DNA of 61,068 nucleotides from a virus (taxonomy: Duplodnaviria > Caudoviricetes): IMG/VR virus record IMGVR_UViG_3300019487_000034, positions 1-61,068 of that record; one strand, given 5' to 3'. Of the stretch, positions 25,367 to 37,100 are shown one piece after another. The notes under the pieces were generated by a model. It saw only the letters and a program-made list of their open reading frames with translations, was not told the DNA's origin and made no database searches. Numbering within the stretch: the first letter of the stretch is position 1; every line of letters starts with the position of its first letter. A program made the position numbers and the translations under genes.

Positions 25367-28300
25367 CCGTAATCCCCGCTCTCTCCAATGTGGTGGATCC
25401 CTCCGGACGCTCACCCGTGGCCAACGTTACTAGGTCGTCCGTGACGAATCGTATCCAACCGCCGAGACCTCCCGGGGCAAACATGTACACACCATTCTCT
25501 GCGGCCTTCTGCATCCGGCTAATTGCCTGTTCCGAATCTGCTGCCCGGCTAGGTTCGGCAAATAACTTCAATGCGGTATCAATGACAGGCGGAGTGAAGA
25601 AGTCTCCGGTGACTACCCCCTTCAACGTACCGATGGGAGCCGCTTGGGATATGCCCTGGGAACTGAAGAGCTTCTTCTGTCGATCCGTGAGGCCCTCATC
25701 TGAGTATTGTCCCATGAGTGCATCTGCTGTCTCGAGTAATACCCAGGGAGCTACCAGTTGTTCCGCAAGCCGAGCGCTCCCGCCGAGGGCTCCCTTCGAA
25801 CGATATCCCTCGACCACCTGACCCAGGGTTGCCGTGGGCCACTTACTGAAGGCGCTGAAGAGAGGTCCCATCGTCCGACCATATTCCGACATCGAAGCTC
25901 TATTATATTGATACTGCGTAGAATTCACAATGTGGGTTGCAATCTCCCGGACCATGCCCCCCACGTCCCCGGCATCACGGGCCCGTTCCACTGCACTCCG
26001 AACACTCGAGGGAAAACGCATCAGGGCAGTTTCGGCTAGCTTGGATCCCTTGTTGAGATCATTCGCCATCATCTCCGAAGCACCGAAGGCGACACTGCGG
26101 TTAACTGACTCGGCCCACTCGTAGGGCTTCATGCCCACTTCAGCCATAGCTCTGGTGCCCCGCTTCAGTAGCTGTGCTGCATCAGTACGGGCCAGACCCT
26201 CATCGAGGTAATCCAGGGAACCCCCCATGAAACGACGAGGAGCAAGACCCATGGCTTCCATTCGCCGCATATAGGCAGGAAGTTTCCGAACACCTCCGAC
26301 ACGGGCAGCACCACGCATGAACAGGAGAGACCCGTATGGCCCGCCAAATTCAGGTAGGGTCTTAGTAAATGTCTGCGTCAAGTTCATGATGAGGGTACGA
26401 GGATTCAGGGCACCAAGGAGGTTCGGGTATATCTGCTTACTCAGGTCCTGAAGGAACGTCGGCATCATCTTGACTGTGCGCAGGGCAGTACGCTGCCAGT
26501 CACTGCCGGCATCCCGAATCCGACGATCTAGTGCGGTGTGAAAGGCATCTTGGGAACGAGTGAAGTATTCAGCTGCGGTACCCTTGCGAGTCCCCATTAG
26601 ATCGGAGATTAAACGATCAACATACTGGGCCTGAGAATCGGCTCCGAGATTGTGCAACATCGAAGAGACATTACGCATCCGGTCAATTCCCTTGCGCAGA
26701 TATAGATGCCGTAACGTGTTGGTAGTCCACTTGTCTGCTAGTTTGTATAAGTTAGTTTCCCGGGCCCAGAGAGGAATAAGATCTTCACGCTCGAGAGCCG
26801 CACGGGCCACTGTCTCCAGTTTCTGTCGACCCTCTGGATTCAGGAAGGTGGACTTCCACATGCGAGAAATCTCCGACGGAGTATTCCCCGTTTCGCCGCT
26901 CAGCGTATGCATGAATTTCAGAGTCGAGGAATGTTCGGCATTAGAGTTGATTAATGAGTTGAATACGTCGGGGGGGACTTCGGCAATGTCCCTGTAACGA
27001 CGCCCAGTTATCACCTCAGCATCTCGCTGGATAGAGTTGATTCGTGTGGAGATTAGTTCCCGGAGTTCCGAGGTATCTCGCAATTGAGCCGGGACGTAGT
27101 TCGGGCGACTCTTGATAGCGAGGGGCGGGATACCCTCTTCCTCCGCCAACTTGCGGACCCGATCTATACCTTCCTCGAAGAAGTCCCGAAACCCAGCAAA
27201 TGCTCTCTGCTCAGGTCCGGTGAGAGCCTCTCCAGCCTCTACCTTACGTATAATATCCCCCGCCTGCAGGGCCTCGGCATCCACTCCCGACCGCTTGTTA
27301 TCACGGAAGATACGACTGATCTGCTGTCGCATGTCCTCACGAGGAAATGACATGCGGTTCACGCCCCGATTGATTTCCTTGTGAGCGGCCTCGGCGCCAA
27401 GTCCACGCCACTTCTCGTCCATCCCACGTAGCACGTACTGGGAATCGGAAAGCCAATCGAATGAGCGCTGGAGGAAGGACGGGGCCTCGCCCTGTGCAAT
27501 TCCCCTACTGCGCACATATTCCTCAGCAGTACGAGCATTGAGAAGTTCTCGGAGACGACCTTCCGCATACTGCTGGCCCTGCCCCGACGCCTCGCCCATG
27601 CCAGCCCACTGCCGTAACATTGCCCGAGGATCGTCGGACTGTGCAATACTGCGCTTGAATACGTCCCGGGCAAAATCATCAGTAGCATTGCGGATAGTAG
27701 TCTCTGCTACCTCTCTGTTGGCCGCCTCGACAATACCCGGGCGCTCAATCTCTGGAACGGCCCGACGCAATCTCTCAATGAACTCGGCCCCGACCTCAGT
27801 CCTCGGATCTGCTAGATCCGCCACGGTTCGGGGGGAATAGGCTCTGGCTATCACACGAGACTGCTCCGGAGTTAACTCGGGAGTATCTCCGAATATATGT
27901 TGAATGATAAGATCATCCGCAGGGGTCCGCTGTTCCACAGCATCTCGGACGCCCTCCTCTAAGGCAGCTCCACCCCGAGCGGAGACTCTGTCAACAGCCT
28001 CTTCCGAGGCTCCGGGGGTCGCAACTCTTCCGACTCTAGCAGCACGCCCAGACAGTACCCGCTGTACTCCTGCGATTACACCGCCCGCCCCGGCACCCAG
28101 GCCCGCACCGAATGCGGCAGTGGAGAGTTCCTCGCCCTGCCTCGACGCCCCGAATCCACCAGCAGCACCGAGCCCAGCCCCGGCAGCTAGCTTAGTACCC
28201 AGGCCGGCTGTCTTGGCCACGCCACCGATAGGCGTAGCAACCTCGCCAGCCAGTTGGAGGTAGCTCGAACGTCCTGCGGCTAATTGTTGGAGATCATCCA

Positions 28301-28760
28301 GGGCACGCTCCATTGCGGGCTCCTGGGAAAGCTTGTAGAGTTTCTGTGGGATCCCGAGGCCGAAGACCTGACCAACTCCACCTACGGCTCGCTTCACTTC
28401 GGGTTCGGAGATGGGAGCACTTCCAGCCATACGAGCACCGAAGTAGGGGGCTATTTCCTCCAGCTGCTGCGGATTCACTCCATGTTTACGAGCTATATCA
28501 GCGATTTCATTGGAGGTCATTTCCTCGGCACCGAGAACGGGCTTATCGAAGAAGGAACGATCTTCCAGTTCCTTTTCGAAACCCGCCGGAGGAGGAGCGA
28601 ACAGATCCGGCCCCTCGGCTGGAGGAGGCGGAGCGAATAATGACTCGTCACTAGTCGCCCCACCGCCACCAGGTTGGGGGGTTTCACCCAGCTGAGGCTG
28701 GGCCCGATTCATCTCATCCTGGGTAGGAGGAGCGAATAGATCTACGGAATTATCTACCAT
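25359..28760 (-). CDS. Large internal virion / DNA ejection protein
   Basis: 1133 aa, helical Ala/Gly-rich, N-terminal DLFAPP repeats, last of ejection-type cluster. Confidence 0.6.
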   Translation of the reverse strand: MVDNSVDLFAPPTQDEMNRAQPQLGETPQPGGGGATSDESLFAPPPPAEGPDLFAPPPAGFEKELEDRSFFDKPVLGAEEMTSNEIADIARKHGVNPQQLEEIAPYFGARMAGSAPISEPEVKRAVGGVGQVFGLGIPQKLYKLSQEPAMERALDDLQQLAAGRSSYLQLAGEVATPIGGVAKTAGLGTKLAAGAGLGAAGGFGASRQGEELSTAAFGAGLGAGAGGVIAGVQRVLSGRAARVGRVATPGASEEAVDRVSARGGAALEEGVRDAVEQRTPADDLIIQHIFGDTPELTPEQSRVIARAYSPRTVADLADPRTEVGAEFIERLRRAVPEIERPGIVEAANREVAETTIRNATDDFARDVFKRSIAQSDDPRAMLRQWAGMGEASGQGQQYAEGRLRELLNARTAEEYVRSRGIAQGEAPSFLQRSFDWLSDSQYVLRGMDEKWRGLGAEAAHKEINRGVNRMSFPREDMRQQISRIFRDNKRSGVDAEALQAGDIIRKVEAGEALTGPEQRAFAGFRDFFEEGIDRVRKLAEEEGIPPLAIKSRPNYVPAQLRDTSELRELISTRINSIQRDAEVITGRRYRDIAEVPPDVFNSLINSNAEHSSTLKFMHTLSGETGNTPSEISRMWKSTFLNPEGRQKLETVARAALEREDLIPLWARETNLYKLADKWTTNTLRHLYLRKGIDRMRNVSSMLHNLGADSQAQYVDRLISDLMGTRKGTAAEYFTRSQDAFHTALDRRIRDAGSDWQRTALRTVKMMPTFLQDLSKQIYPNLLGALNPRTLIMNLTQTFTKTLPEFGGPYGSLLFMRGAARVGGVRKLPAYMRRMEAMGLAPRRFMGGSLDYLDEGLARTDAAQLLKRGTRAMAEVGMKPYEWAESVNRSVAFGASEMMANDLNKGSKLAETALMRFPSSVRSAVERARDAGDVGGMVREIATHIVNSTQYQYNRASMSEYGRTMGPLFSAFSKWPTATLGQVVEGYRSKGALGGSARLAEQLVAPWVLLETADALMGQYSDEGLTDRQKKLFSSQGISQAAPIGTLKGVVTGDFFTPPVIDTALKLFAEPSRAADSEQAISRMQKAAENGVYMFAPGGLGGWIRFVTDDLVTLATGERPEGSTTLERAGITGD

Positions 28761-30060
28761 TTAACCGATCTGTCAATATCTGAGTTGCCTGGGCTTCTGT
28801 TACCTGGGGGTATTGCTGGACATACCTAGCAATCTGTTCCGGGGTTGGACGTTTCTCAGTGGAAGCGGGGGTTACCTCCCCAGTGGCAGGCTGAGAACGC
28901 ACCTCATCGAATGACTTGCCCGTTCGCATCATCTCATTAGCAACTCGTTGCTTCTCTCGAACAACCGTGAGCTTATTGCGAATCTCACCGAGCAATGCCT
29001 GTTGTGTCTTCTCCCGGACGAGGCGATCCTCATCTGTCCAGATAGTATCCTCGGCAGCTGCATCCTTTTCCGCCTGGGCCCGAATTTCTGCCAAACGAGG
29101 TTCATCAATACCAGCCTGAGTAGCAAGTTGATCCAAGTTCACGGTGCGTGCACGCTTCTCATCACGAAGTGCAGTAGTCGACTTGGTTAGTAATGACTCT
29201 TCCTGCTGTGCATTGTCGAACGCCTTTGCACCGTATTGACGATTGAATCGTTCCTCAGCAGATACCTCACGAGCCGTTGCTCGTTCATCTGACTTCGCCG
29301 CTGCATCAGCCGCACGTTGAGCTGCAAGCTCTGCAGAGTATAGTGATGTCTCACGGCCGAGGGCAGCCTCTTCCGAACCAATACGTTCACGGAGCGATTG
29401 GACCTTATCTTTTTCGATCTGATAACGTTTCTCAGCTCGATCCATTTCCATGCGACGCTGGTCTCGGGCCTCTCCCGACGCCATCTTGTATTCCTCGAGA
29501 GCCCTACCAGTACGTCCCTCATAGTCTACCGAGGGCACCTGAACCTGATCCCCGATATACCGGCCCCGTTTAGCTCCGTAATTATACGCTGCCAACTTAG
29601 CGAAGGATTGACCTATCATCTGCACCAGACTGAGTAATTCATTCCGATTCTTCGATTCCCGATAGGCAGCCCGAGCATCGGCCAGGGATTGATCAATGGC
29701 AGTAGTATCAACAGCTTGTTCCTTTAGTTGATCAGCAGCCTTCTCATAGGCCGAGACCGCCTCTCGTAACTTAGCAGGAGAGGGCTTAGGTCCCAGTATG
29801 GACTTGACTTCCTGCTGTGTCTGTGTTACAGTGGAGCTAACCCCCCCACTCGGCTCGGTTGAGTCGGTTGGCCGGAGACCCGATGTTTGCTCTGCAGCAT
29901 CGGGTTTCTTGTCGGTAACCTGATCGGCAAGAGATCTTGGTACTCCCATCTCCGGAGTAGTGCCATATAGTGCAGCCGCTCCTCCGGGGATTGCTGTCCG
30001 CTGGCGCAACTCTTCCTTGCGCTTGCGTTCCTCATCTGACATGAATAATGGTTCTGCCAT
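28750..30060 (-). CDS. Putative internal virion protein
   Basis: Coiled-coil, position in cluster. Confidence 0.55.
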   Translation of the reverse strand: MAEPLFMSDEERKRKEELRQRTAIPGGAAALYGTTPEMGVPRSLADQVTDKKPDAAEQTSGLRPTDSTEPSGGVSSTVTQTQQEVKSILGPKPSPAKLREAVSAYEKAADQLKEQAVDTTAIDQSLADARAAYRESKNRNELLSLVQMIGQSFAKLAAYNYGAKRGRYIGDQVQVPSVDYEGRTGRALEEYKMASGEARDQRRMEMDRAEKRYQIEKDKVQSLRERIGSEEAALGRETSLYSAELAAQRAADAAAKSDERATAREVSAEERFNRQYGAKAFDNAQQEESLLTKSTTALRDEKRARTVNLDQLATQAGIDEPRLAEIRAQAEKDAAAEDTIWTDEDRLVREKTQQALLGEIRNKLTVVREKQRVANEMMRTGKSFDEVRSQPATGEVTPASTEKRPTPEQIARYVQQYPQVTEAQATQILTDRLNGR

Positions 30061-30073
30061 AATAGTGCTCCGA

Positions 30074-30877
30074 TTACTGTGCGGCCATGGTGCCGACTGC
30101 TGAAACCGCTGAGTATCCGGCGGCAGCTCCGGCGGGACCACCGATTATACCACCAGCGACAGCGCCTCCGATGCCACCGATAGTGGAGAATGTGCCCGTA
30201 CGATTTGCCTGGTCAGCTTTCTGCTTCGCAATACGCTCTTCCAGCGAACGCTTGGACTCGGCCAACTGTCGCATCAGGTTCTGGTCCTGCTTCTGATTAC
30301 TCAGAGAGTTCTGGAACTGTAGCTCCTGATTGATTCGCTGCTGAGCAGCTTCCATCATCTGGAGTTTCCGTTGGTGTAGTTGCTCAGCTGACTGAGCATA
30401 ATTCCGCAGTTGCTCTACGTCCCTAGCATGGGTAACTGCATAGTCAGCCAGCTGTCTCTCATTCATGTACTCTCGGCCCATCTCATCTCTGGCAAATTGC
30501 ATACGACTATCGAACATTTCCCGCTTCGCTTGCTCACTGAGATTGGCTAGTGCCTGCTCATCTGACAGCTGCTGTGTATCCTGGCCCCTGCGGAGATCGG
30601 AGAGACCCTGCTGCAATTGTGCCTGCTTCTGCTGCAACTCCATTCCTGCCGCCTGCTGGGTCGTGGCTAGGTTCTGCTTTGCCGTCTCAATCATTTGGGC
30701 CCCGACGTTCTGCTGAGCCGCAGCTCCGAGTTGCTGAGCAACCTGGGGAGTAGCCGCTGCTGTGGGCACGGCCTTCACGGCCTGCTGCAACTGGAGGTCA
30801 GTTGCTGCCTGGGCCTGTTGTTGGCGGCGCTGATTGGCAACCGGCATCTGATTAATTATCTGATCTAGTGCGGCCAT
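30074..30877 (-). CDS. Putative DNA transfer/ejection protein
   Basis: Gln-rich coiled-coil with C-terminal glycine-zipper segment. Confidence 0.6.
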   Translation of the reverse strand: MAALDQIINQMPVANQRRQQQAQAATDLQLQQAVKAVPTAAATPQVAQQLGAAAQQNVGAQMIETAKQNLATTQQAAGMELQQKQAQLQQGLSDLRRGQDTQQLSDEQALANLSEQAKREMFDSRMQFARDEMGREYMNERQLADYAVTHARDVEQLRNYAQSAEQLHQRKLQMMEAAQQRINQELQFQNSLSNQKQDQNLMRQLAESKRSLEERIAKQKADQANRTGTFSTIGGIGGAVAGGIIGGPAGAAAGYSAVSAVGTMAAQ

Positions 30878-30880
30878 ATG

Positions 30881-31735
30881 TTACTTCGTTCCCCCGGGTG
30901 GAGCCGAGGGAGACCCGGCGTCCTGCCAGCCCGTGTAACTCTTCTGCCCCCCGGCATCTTTATACTGTCCATACTCATCTGAGAAGGCACCTGACTTATA
31001 TGAGCCATATGCACTGACGCCGGCAGCTCCCATGGCCCCAACGGCGCCAATAGTTGCTGCCTGCTTCGCATCGGCCATCTCATTTTGCGCCATCTGGAGT
31101 GCTGCGTTGAGGTCGATGGAAGCCATGGCCTTCTGGAAGTCCCGATCCGAAGAGGCCAGGACATTCTGATTCCCGAGGCTCTTCACCAATAGATCCTTAT
31201 TAGATCCGAGGACTGCCTTCTGCAGGGCCTCCTTGAAGGCGAGATCATTATCCAGACGATTCCGCTGACCTTCGAGTTCCAACTTGTCGAGGTACTTCTG
31301 GTCACCCATGCGCATCGTGTGGGACAGTTGCTCCAACTTCGCCTTATCTTTCTCGAAGTCGAGAGTTCCACGCTGCCTTCCGAGATCTGACAGTAACTCC
31401 TGCTTCCGTATAGAGTTCTGCTGTTGCATTTGCTGGCGACGGAGATCGAGATCCGCACGAGCCGATTGCTCCTGCATCCCGAGTTGTTGCACCTTCTGCC
31501 CAACCTCGGCAGCGGCTAGTTGCCCCTGGGGTTGCAGTTGTTCCAACTGTTGCCGGGTCTGGTCCACCGCAGCCGATTCTGCAATAGCAGATTGTGGCGC
31601 AAGCTGACCGGCACCCACTGCCTTCCCGCTCTTCGCTGCCAGGAGTTGCCGGGCCCGACCAGTCTGATCGGTTGTACCGACAGCTTCGGTCCCCGTGGCT
31701 GCTAGGTTGCGTTGAATCTTATCGATGAGGGCCAT
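30881..31735 (-). CDS. Putative DNA transfer/ejection protein
   Basis: Gln/Ala-rich coiled-coil with Gly/Ala hydrophobic segment. Confidence 0.55.
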   Translation of the reverse strand: MALIDKIQRNLAATGTEAVGTTDQTGRARQLLAAKSGKAVGAGQLAPQSAIAESAAVDQTRQQLEQLQPQGQLAAAEVGQKVQQLGMQEQSARADLDLRRQQMQQQNSIRKQELLSDLGRQRGTLDFEKDKAKLEQLSHTMRMGDQKYLDKLELEGQRNRLDNDLAFKEALQKAVLGSNKDLLVKSLGNQNVLASSDRDFQKAMASIDLNAALQMAQNEMADAKQAATIGAVGAMGAAGVSAYGSYKSGAFSDEYGQYKDAGGQKSYTGWQDAGSPSAPPGGTK

Positions 31736-31738
31736 ATG

Positions 31739-34033
31739 TTATCCCATGTCCAATCCGTACGGATTAGCTGCAGAGCCCTGGAAGGTTGGTTCCTTGCTCT
31801 TAGTCTGCTCATGCTTCTCTCGTAAATCCTTCTGCATAGCCGGAGTACTGCCGAGTTGTCGAGCATAGACTCGATCCTGGAGATCCCCCGGGACCTTCTT
31901 GCCTTCCGTGCGAAGTTTACGGAAGGTCTGATCGTCGATGGCATTATCAATCTTCGTTCTCAATGACTTACTACTCTGGTAGATGGGCAGTTCCTTGAGG
32001 GAGTGCAGGTAATCCAGATCCGGACCAGATAGTCCCCCGGCCACATAATCGGTGGCCTTGCCAGATGCATCAGACCACTTAATACCCCCAAGTGTCTCCC
32101 AGATGGCAGTCTTCAATCCCTTACTCTCGAGGGTCCGGGCATCTAGTGTACTATACACGGTGCGCATGGAGTCTGTCAATCCCGCTGGAGCATCATGTTC
32201 CCCGAAGCTGGAGGCTCCCTTGAGTACCTCCTTCACCGTATCTGCTTTCATCATTCCCTTGGAAATAGCGGAGTACAGACGGGTAGCTGCCTCGGCATCT
32301 ATCTTCCCGTCCTTATTGGAGTCTAATAGTGTGAGATCCTTGGGAACTTTCAGGCCGAGCTTACGCATGGCAACGGCATCATCGAGGAGGGTCTGAGCCC
32401 CGCCCGTGCCGGCAACCTTGCCTCCGAAGTATAGGTTCACTAGGGCGTCAGCATCTCCTCTAGCCTGTTCGAGTCCCGCCATGGCACGCTTATTGCGATC
32501 GAGGATCTCCAACTTAGTAAAGCCATTGGCATCCCGCTTATTAATGAGATTATCTAGGTCCCAGGCATTAGTCATTCCCATGAGTTCTGTGGTCAACTCG
32601 GGAAACTGGGTGGCCAGGGCGAACATCTGATTGATACCAGCAGCAGATTTCTTCAGGAACTCGGGAGTTCTGGTCTTGAGTAGTTTGAGTACACCCGTGG
32701 GTTCCAGCTTCTTCGCTTGGGGAGTGCCCCACTTGTCCCCATAGAGGGACTTCATCAGTTCGTCTGGAACAGCAACACCCTCAGCAATATTGGACAGTTC
32801 CTTGTTCGCCTTCTGAATGGCAGTATTCTCGGCCGTCGCCTTGCCGATACCAGTAGCAACTTGGGTAAGTGCATCCCTATACTTATTGACGAATGCTAAT
32901 AAGCCCTTAGCCGTTGGGTCCGCTTCGAGGGCCTTCGAAGATTCCGAGGTGGGATTAGTTAGATAGTCAGTAACTATCTTGCTGATGCTCTCATCACTGA
33001 GGAGTTGCTCCACTGTATACGTCTGACCGGCGAACTGAACCTGATCAGCACTCTCCAGGGAATGGCCCAAATCGAGAAGCTGACGCTCGCTGGCCGCTAG
33101 GCCTGTGGTGGACTGCTCCTGACTCGCTTCACGCAAGGAAGCCCGCTCTGCGGCCCCCAAGAGGCCACTCTGTGCTGCGGCCTCAGTCTCTGCAACACTT
33201 AGGTCCGCCCCGGCAGCAGCAGCCGTATTGACTGCCTCATTGAGGGAATCAATAGTCATCGTGTCAATCTGCTCCGGTGGGACGCCCAGGAGCAGGGCCA
33301 GTTCATCCCTATTGGTTCCGAGCGAAGGCAATAAGGCGCTTACATTCACGGCAGCTGCATCTGTTACTCGCTGTGCAGCGGCAGTTCCGGCAGTAGATTG
33401 AAGTTGTTGAGTAGCCGCTTCCTGTGCCTTGGCTGCCACCTCATCGGCAGATAGCCCAGTTAACTCGAAGAGCTTATTGAGATTCTGCTGTACACTCAAT
33501 GAGTCCAGCGCCATGCCCTGATTCAGGAAGGTGACGACCGAGTTGAAACGTCTGTCCACTTCCGACTGTATATCTGCAGCACCGCCAGTAGCGGTGAGGA
33601 CGCCCTTAGTCGTATACGTGGGAGTACCGGTGGCTAGAGTTTGCTTATTCATCTCATTGCCGATGAGTTCCTGTACCTTCGCTTGGGTATTACCGAAGAC
33701 CTCACCGAGACGTTTCTGCTGTTCCAGTCGTTGCTGTTCCTGGGCCGTGACTGCCGAACGATAGCGTCTATCGGCCTCGGCCTCCTGGAGGGTAGTAGTT
33801 GTATCCAGGACCTGTCGCAGGGCCGAGGGCTTCTGGGCCGCACTACCCGCCATTGCCTGTTGCTGCGGTGTACCCCCGAGAGCCGCAACGCCAGCGGGCG
33901 TAGTAGGAGGAGCCAGCATACCCGCCTGACCAGCCAGCTGGGACGTGGGAGTGGGAACAGCTTCCTCGACGAGCTGCCCGCCACGGCGCACCAGTGTGGT
34001 ATTCACTTTATCGGTTAGTGATGCCATACGCAT
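31739..34033 (-). CDS. Putative internal virion protein
   Basis: 764 aa Ala/Gln-rich helical protein after nozzle gene. Confidence 0.55.
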   Translation of the reverse strand: MRMASLTDKVNTTLVRRGGQLVEEAVPTPTSQLAGQAGMLAPPTTPAGVAALGGTPQQQAMAGSAAQKPSALRQVLDTTTTLQEAEADRRYRSAVTAQEQQRLEQQKRLGEVFGNTQAKVQELIGNEMNKQTLATGTPTYTTKGVLTATGGAADIQSEVDRRFNSVVTFLNQGMALDSLSVQQNLNKLFELTGLSADEVAAKAQEAATQQLQSTAGTAAAQRVTDAAAVNVSALLPSLGTNRDELALLLGVPPEQIDTMTIDSLNEAVNTAAAAGADLSVAETEAAAQSGLLGAAERASLREASQEQSTTGLAASERQLLDLGHSLESADQVQFAGQTYTVEQLLSDESISKIVTDYLTNPTSESSKALEADPTAKGLLAFVNKYRDALTQVATGIGKATAENTAIQKANKELSNIAEGVAVPDELMKSLYGDKWGTPQAKKLEPTGVLKLLKTRTPEFLKKSAAGINQMFALATQFPELTTELMGMTNAWDLDNLINKRDANGFTKLEILDRNKRAMAGLEQARGDADALVNLYFGGKVAGTGGAQTLLDDAVAMRKLGLKVPKDLTLLDSNKDGKIDAEAATRLYSAISKGMMKADTVKEVLKGASSFGEHDAPAGLTDSMRTVYSTLDARTLESKGLKTAIWETLGGIKWSDASGKATDYVAGGLSGPDLDYLHSLKELPIYQSSKSLRTKIDNAIDDQTFRKLRTEGKKVPGDLQDRVYARQLGSTPAMQKDLREKHEQTKSKEPTFQGSAANPYGLDMG

Positions 34034-34044
34034 CCTCGCATCTG

Positions 34045-34083
34045 CATGCTACTCCATGCTACTACATGCAATAGCATGTAAGT
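34045..34083. repeat. Four CATG-cored repeats at exact 10-bp spacing
   Basis: CATG at 34045, 34055, 34065, 34075. Confidence 0.7.
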
Positions 34084-34115
34084 ATCTACTATGTATTCGA
34101 CCGGCGGACCGCCTC

Positions 34116-34144
34116 AGTATCACATGTATTTCGGAAGCTGTCAA
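34116..34144 (-). promoter_or_regulatory. Sigma70-type promoter
   Basis: TTGACA-N17-GATACT with extended TG. Confidence 0.55.
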
Positions 34145-34154
34145 CCACATATGA

Positions 34155-37100
34155 CTAGGCGTCTGTACCTGTCTGTATTGCCTCGAGAATTCCCTTCGAG
34201 CCCACCGAGGCTACACGGAATTCTACGCTGGCGATCTCTACGGTCTCCAGCCTGGTCGATGTCTCCACCTGGACCGACATGCTGACACCTTTACGCCGGC
34301 TGGTATTATGTCGGACTGTCAGTACGTCCCGGCCGACCGCATCACTGGCACCATCCAAGTTAGTTCCGGGTACTACTATCCGGGCCCCGGTGACATTCAC
34401 GTATTCCTGTTCGGTGTCTACTGCAGTACCCACCTGTGCATTAGAGGGCACAGCTGTGCGGTATCCAATGTAGATTGAATCATAGATCTTCCGGGATCCA
34501 GACTGTCCGAAGTCATTGGCCCGTAGTTGCAACCGGAATGTATAGGCGGCATGGTCATCCTGGTAGTCTACCTCATCTCCCATGCGACGTATGACCATCA
34601 TGCGGCCCGTGGAGGTGCAGAAGAATGCGTCCTGGTTGAGGTTACACCAGCCCGTAGTCGGGTGATTATCATAGCGAGTCCAGGCACCGACGCCCTTCTC
34701 CACTTCATTAGTGTGGTCGTACACGAATACTTCGGAGGTCCTAGTCTCGCTTAGCAGGGGAACCGATAGCTTATACTTCCGGCCCACCGTGTAGTGATGT
34801 CCCTGGGCCAATTCGAGCTGGGTGCGGTCTACCCGATCCCAGTTCCGTTCCATGAGTTTCCCGACGTACTCCACGACTAGATTGCGACGGAGAGCATAGA
34901 TACCGGATTCATTGGCGAACATGATGCCATTCTTAGTGACGCTGACGGAGTTGGGCGCCGTACACCCGATACCCTCAGTCTCGATACGCTGCACGGGGTT
35001 GCGGCCTGCTCGCTTCTCATTTACGTCCACGAGGTAGATCGAGTTCTCCTTGAACACCACTATGACACTGGACTGCTGGGCAGCACCGAATGCCGCTTCT
35101 CCGAAGAAGGGGACTATCACAGTCACCTCCTGACCATCGGCGGGATTAATGTCAACCGCCGAATCTGAGTCGGTATCGAGTATGGCCGTGGGATTATCGA
35201 AGATCTCGGGGAAGTTCTCGTATCCAATGAGGATCCTCGATGGGAATAGCGCTGTTTGCGAACTGACCGTAGTTCCCGAGGCACGCTCAACATCATTAAC
35301 GAATACCCGGAAGTTCGTTCCGAGGGCGACTAGCCGCATCCCGAGTGCCTCCTCGTCCACTCTGGGTTGACGAATGAGTACTCGCCCGGAAACGCCGGTA
35401 TCATTGCCACCGATGGCGATGACCCAGGGTACGAAGGTGGTATATCCGGTGAGCGTAGTATCTACGTTCCGCATTGAGGCATTGATTGCGAGTGCTAACC
35501 GCCGTCCAGCCTGGAATAGTTGCAGGGTTGTATTGGCACTGGCAGCGGAGGAGTTGCCATCGTTCCCCAGCAATATAGGAATGTCTGCTCCAGCCGCTGC
35601 TCTCACCAATCTCTCGGGGTGAAAAGGTACTATGCCACCTGAACCACCGGCGCCCGTGTAGTTGACACGGAATACTGTGACCGACTGCACGTCCACCTGC
35701 CACCACCCGGAATAGGTGATTGGCCGATTCGCTGTACTCGGAGTGGATAGGGCACTATAGTAGATGTACACCCAGTTACCGTCGACGAGGCCGTGTGGTA
35801 AGCCGGTGTTCACTTCGAAGTAGGTTCCCGGAGTTGCAGGCTCTGAGATGACTATGCTGAAGGCGGTAGAGTCGGTCCGGAATTCATAGCGAGCCCGGTT
35901 CAACATGTCCGTTGTTCCGGTGGTATCATTTACATCTCTACGGAATTCGAAGATTGATCCACTCAGTTGCGTAGCGGTTACTGTGGAATCTCCGAAGAGT
36001 TGCATATCTAACTGCGGGTAATCCCGGACATTACCGAGGATGGCAGTACCAGCTGCCGAGGTGATGCATTCAGCTCGCAGTGGTTCCTGCCAACCCACAC
36101 CTAGCTCGGTACCCTTGAGGGCCGTGTTAATCGGGTCCAGATCGAGAAGGTTGGAATCCCGGAAGGAATCCGAGAATTCAACGTATCCATCGGCACCATT
36201 GAAGGGTAGGCGTTGCTGGAATACTCTGTAGAAGGGAGCAGAGGTGTTGGCCTTGGTCCGGTATACCTGGACGTAGATAGCATCATAGTCGTAATTGTCC
36301 CAGGCGGGGAAGCCCACTAACTTGTGGTGAATGGCGGCGTCCTGGGTAAGTTCAACAGAGTAATCTTCGGATTGCGCCACAGCTGAGGCAATAACATTCT
36401 GATTCTGATCAACAGCATTCAATCGATAGTAATACTTGAAGACTGCGGACTCGGATAGTGTACCCGTCGCAGCGACGCCGGTGTCGAGTGACCGGTCGAG
36501 AAATATGAAGTATGCGGGGGTACTGGTAGCTGTCGTACTGATAATCGTGTACAGCTCAGTACTTCCTGTTAATCTCACCTTAGTACCAATTGGAAGGACG
36601 TCGAGATCCTCTTCTGCAGCGACAGTGAGGCGGCCCCGTGTGGCGTCTCTAGCAGTATATGCTACGGATCTCAGCGAGGTGACTATCCTGGCCGTCGGAG
36701 CGGTATCAGTCTGAATGAATACTCCCGGCTGCCACTTGAATAGCCCAGCTCGGAAGAGTGAGCTACCGTCAAACTTCATCGCCTCATCATCACCATTCTC
36801 GAGGAATAGAGTATCCGAGACCATACAACTGCGGAGGAAGGGTTGATCCCCAAATGTATTGGCGTCGAAGTATCTAATGTGTGTAGAGGGTGTCAGCGTA
36901 TAGGAGTCATCGGGCGCCTCTACCGGAATTAACCGGCGATCCACTTGCAGGGTATTGGTGTCCGAGGTGGTATCTTCCCATTCAATAGGTTCCCCGAGAT
37001 GAACCGTGTGGCCGACAACCACTGCGGTACCCGAGACCGTGTCCGTTTCCGTCGATACAAATGTAAACGTCGTCTGAGATGGAACATCTTCGATGAGCAC

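Noticed and set aside
25359-28760. Virion RNA polymerase (N4-like)
   Set aside because: Much shorter than N4 vRNAP and no polymerase motifs recognised
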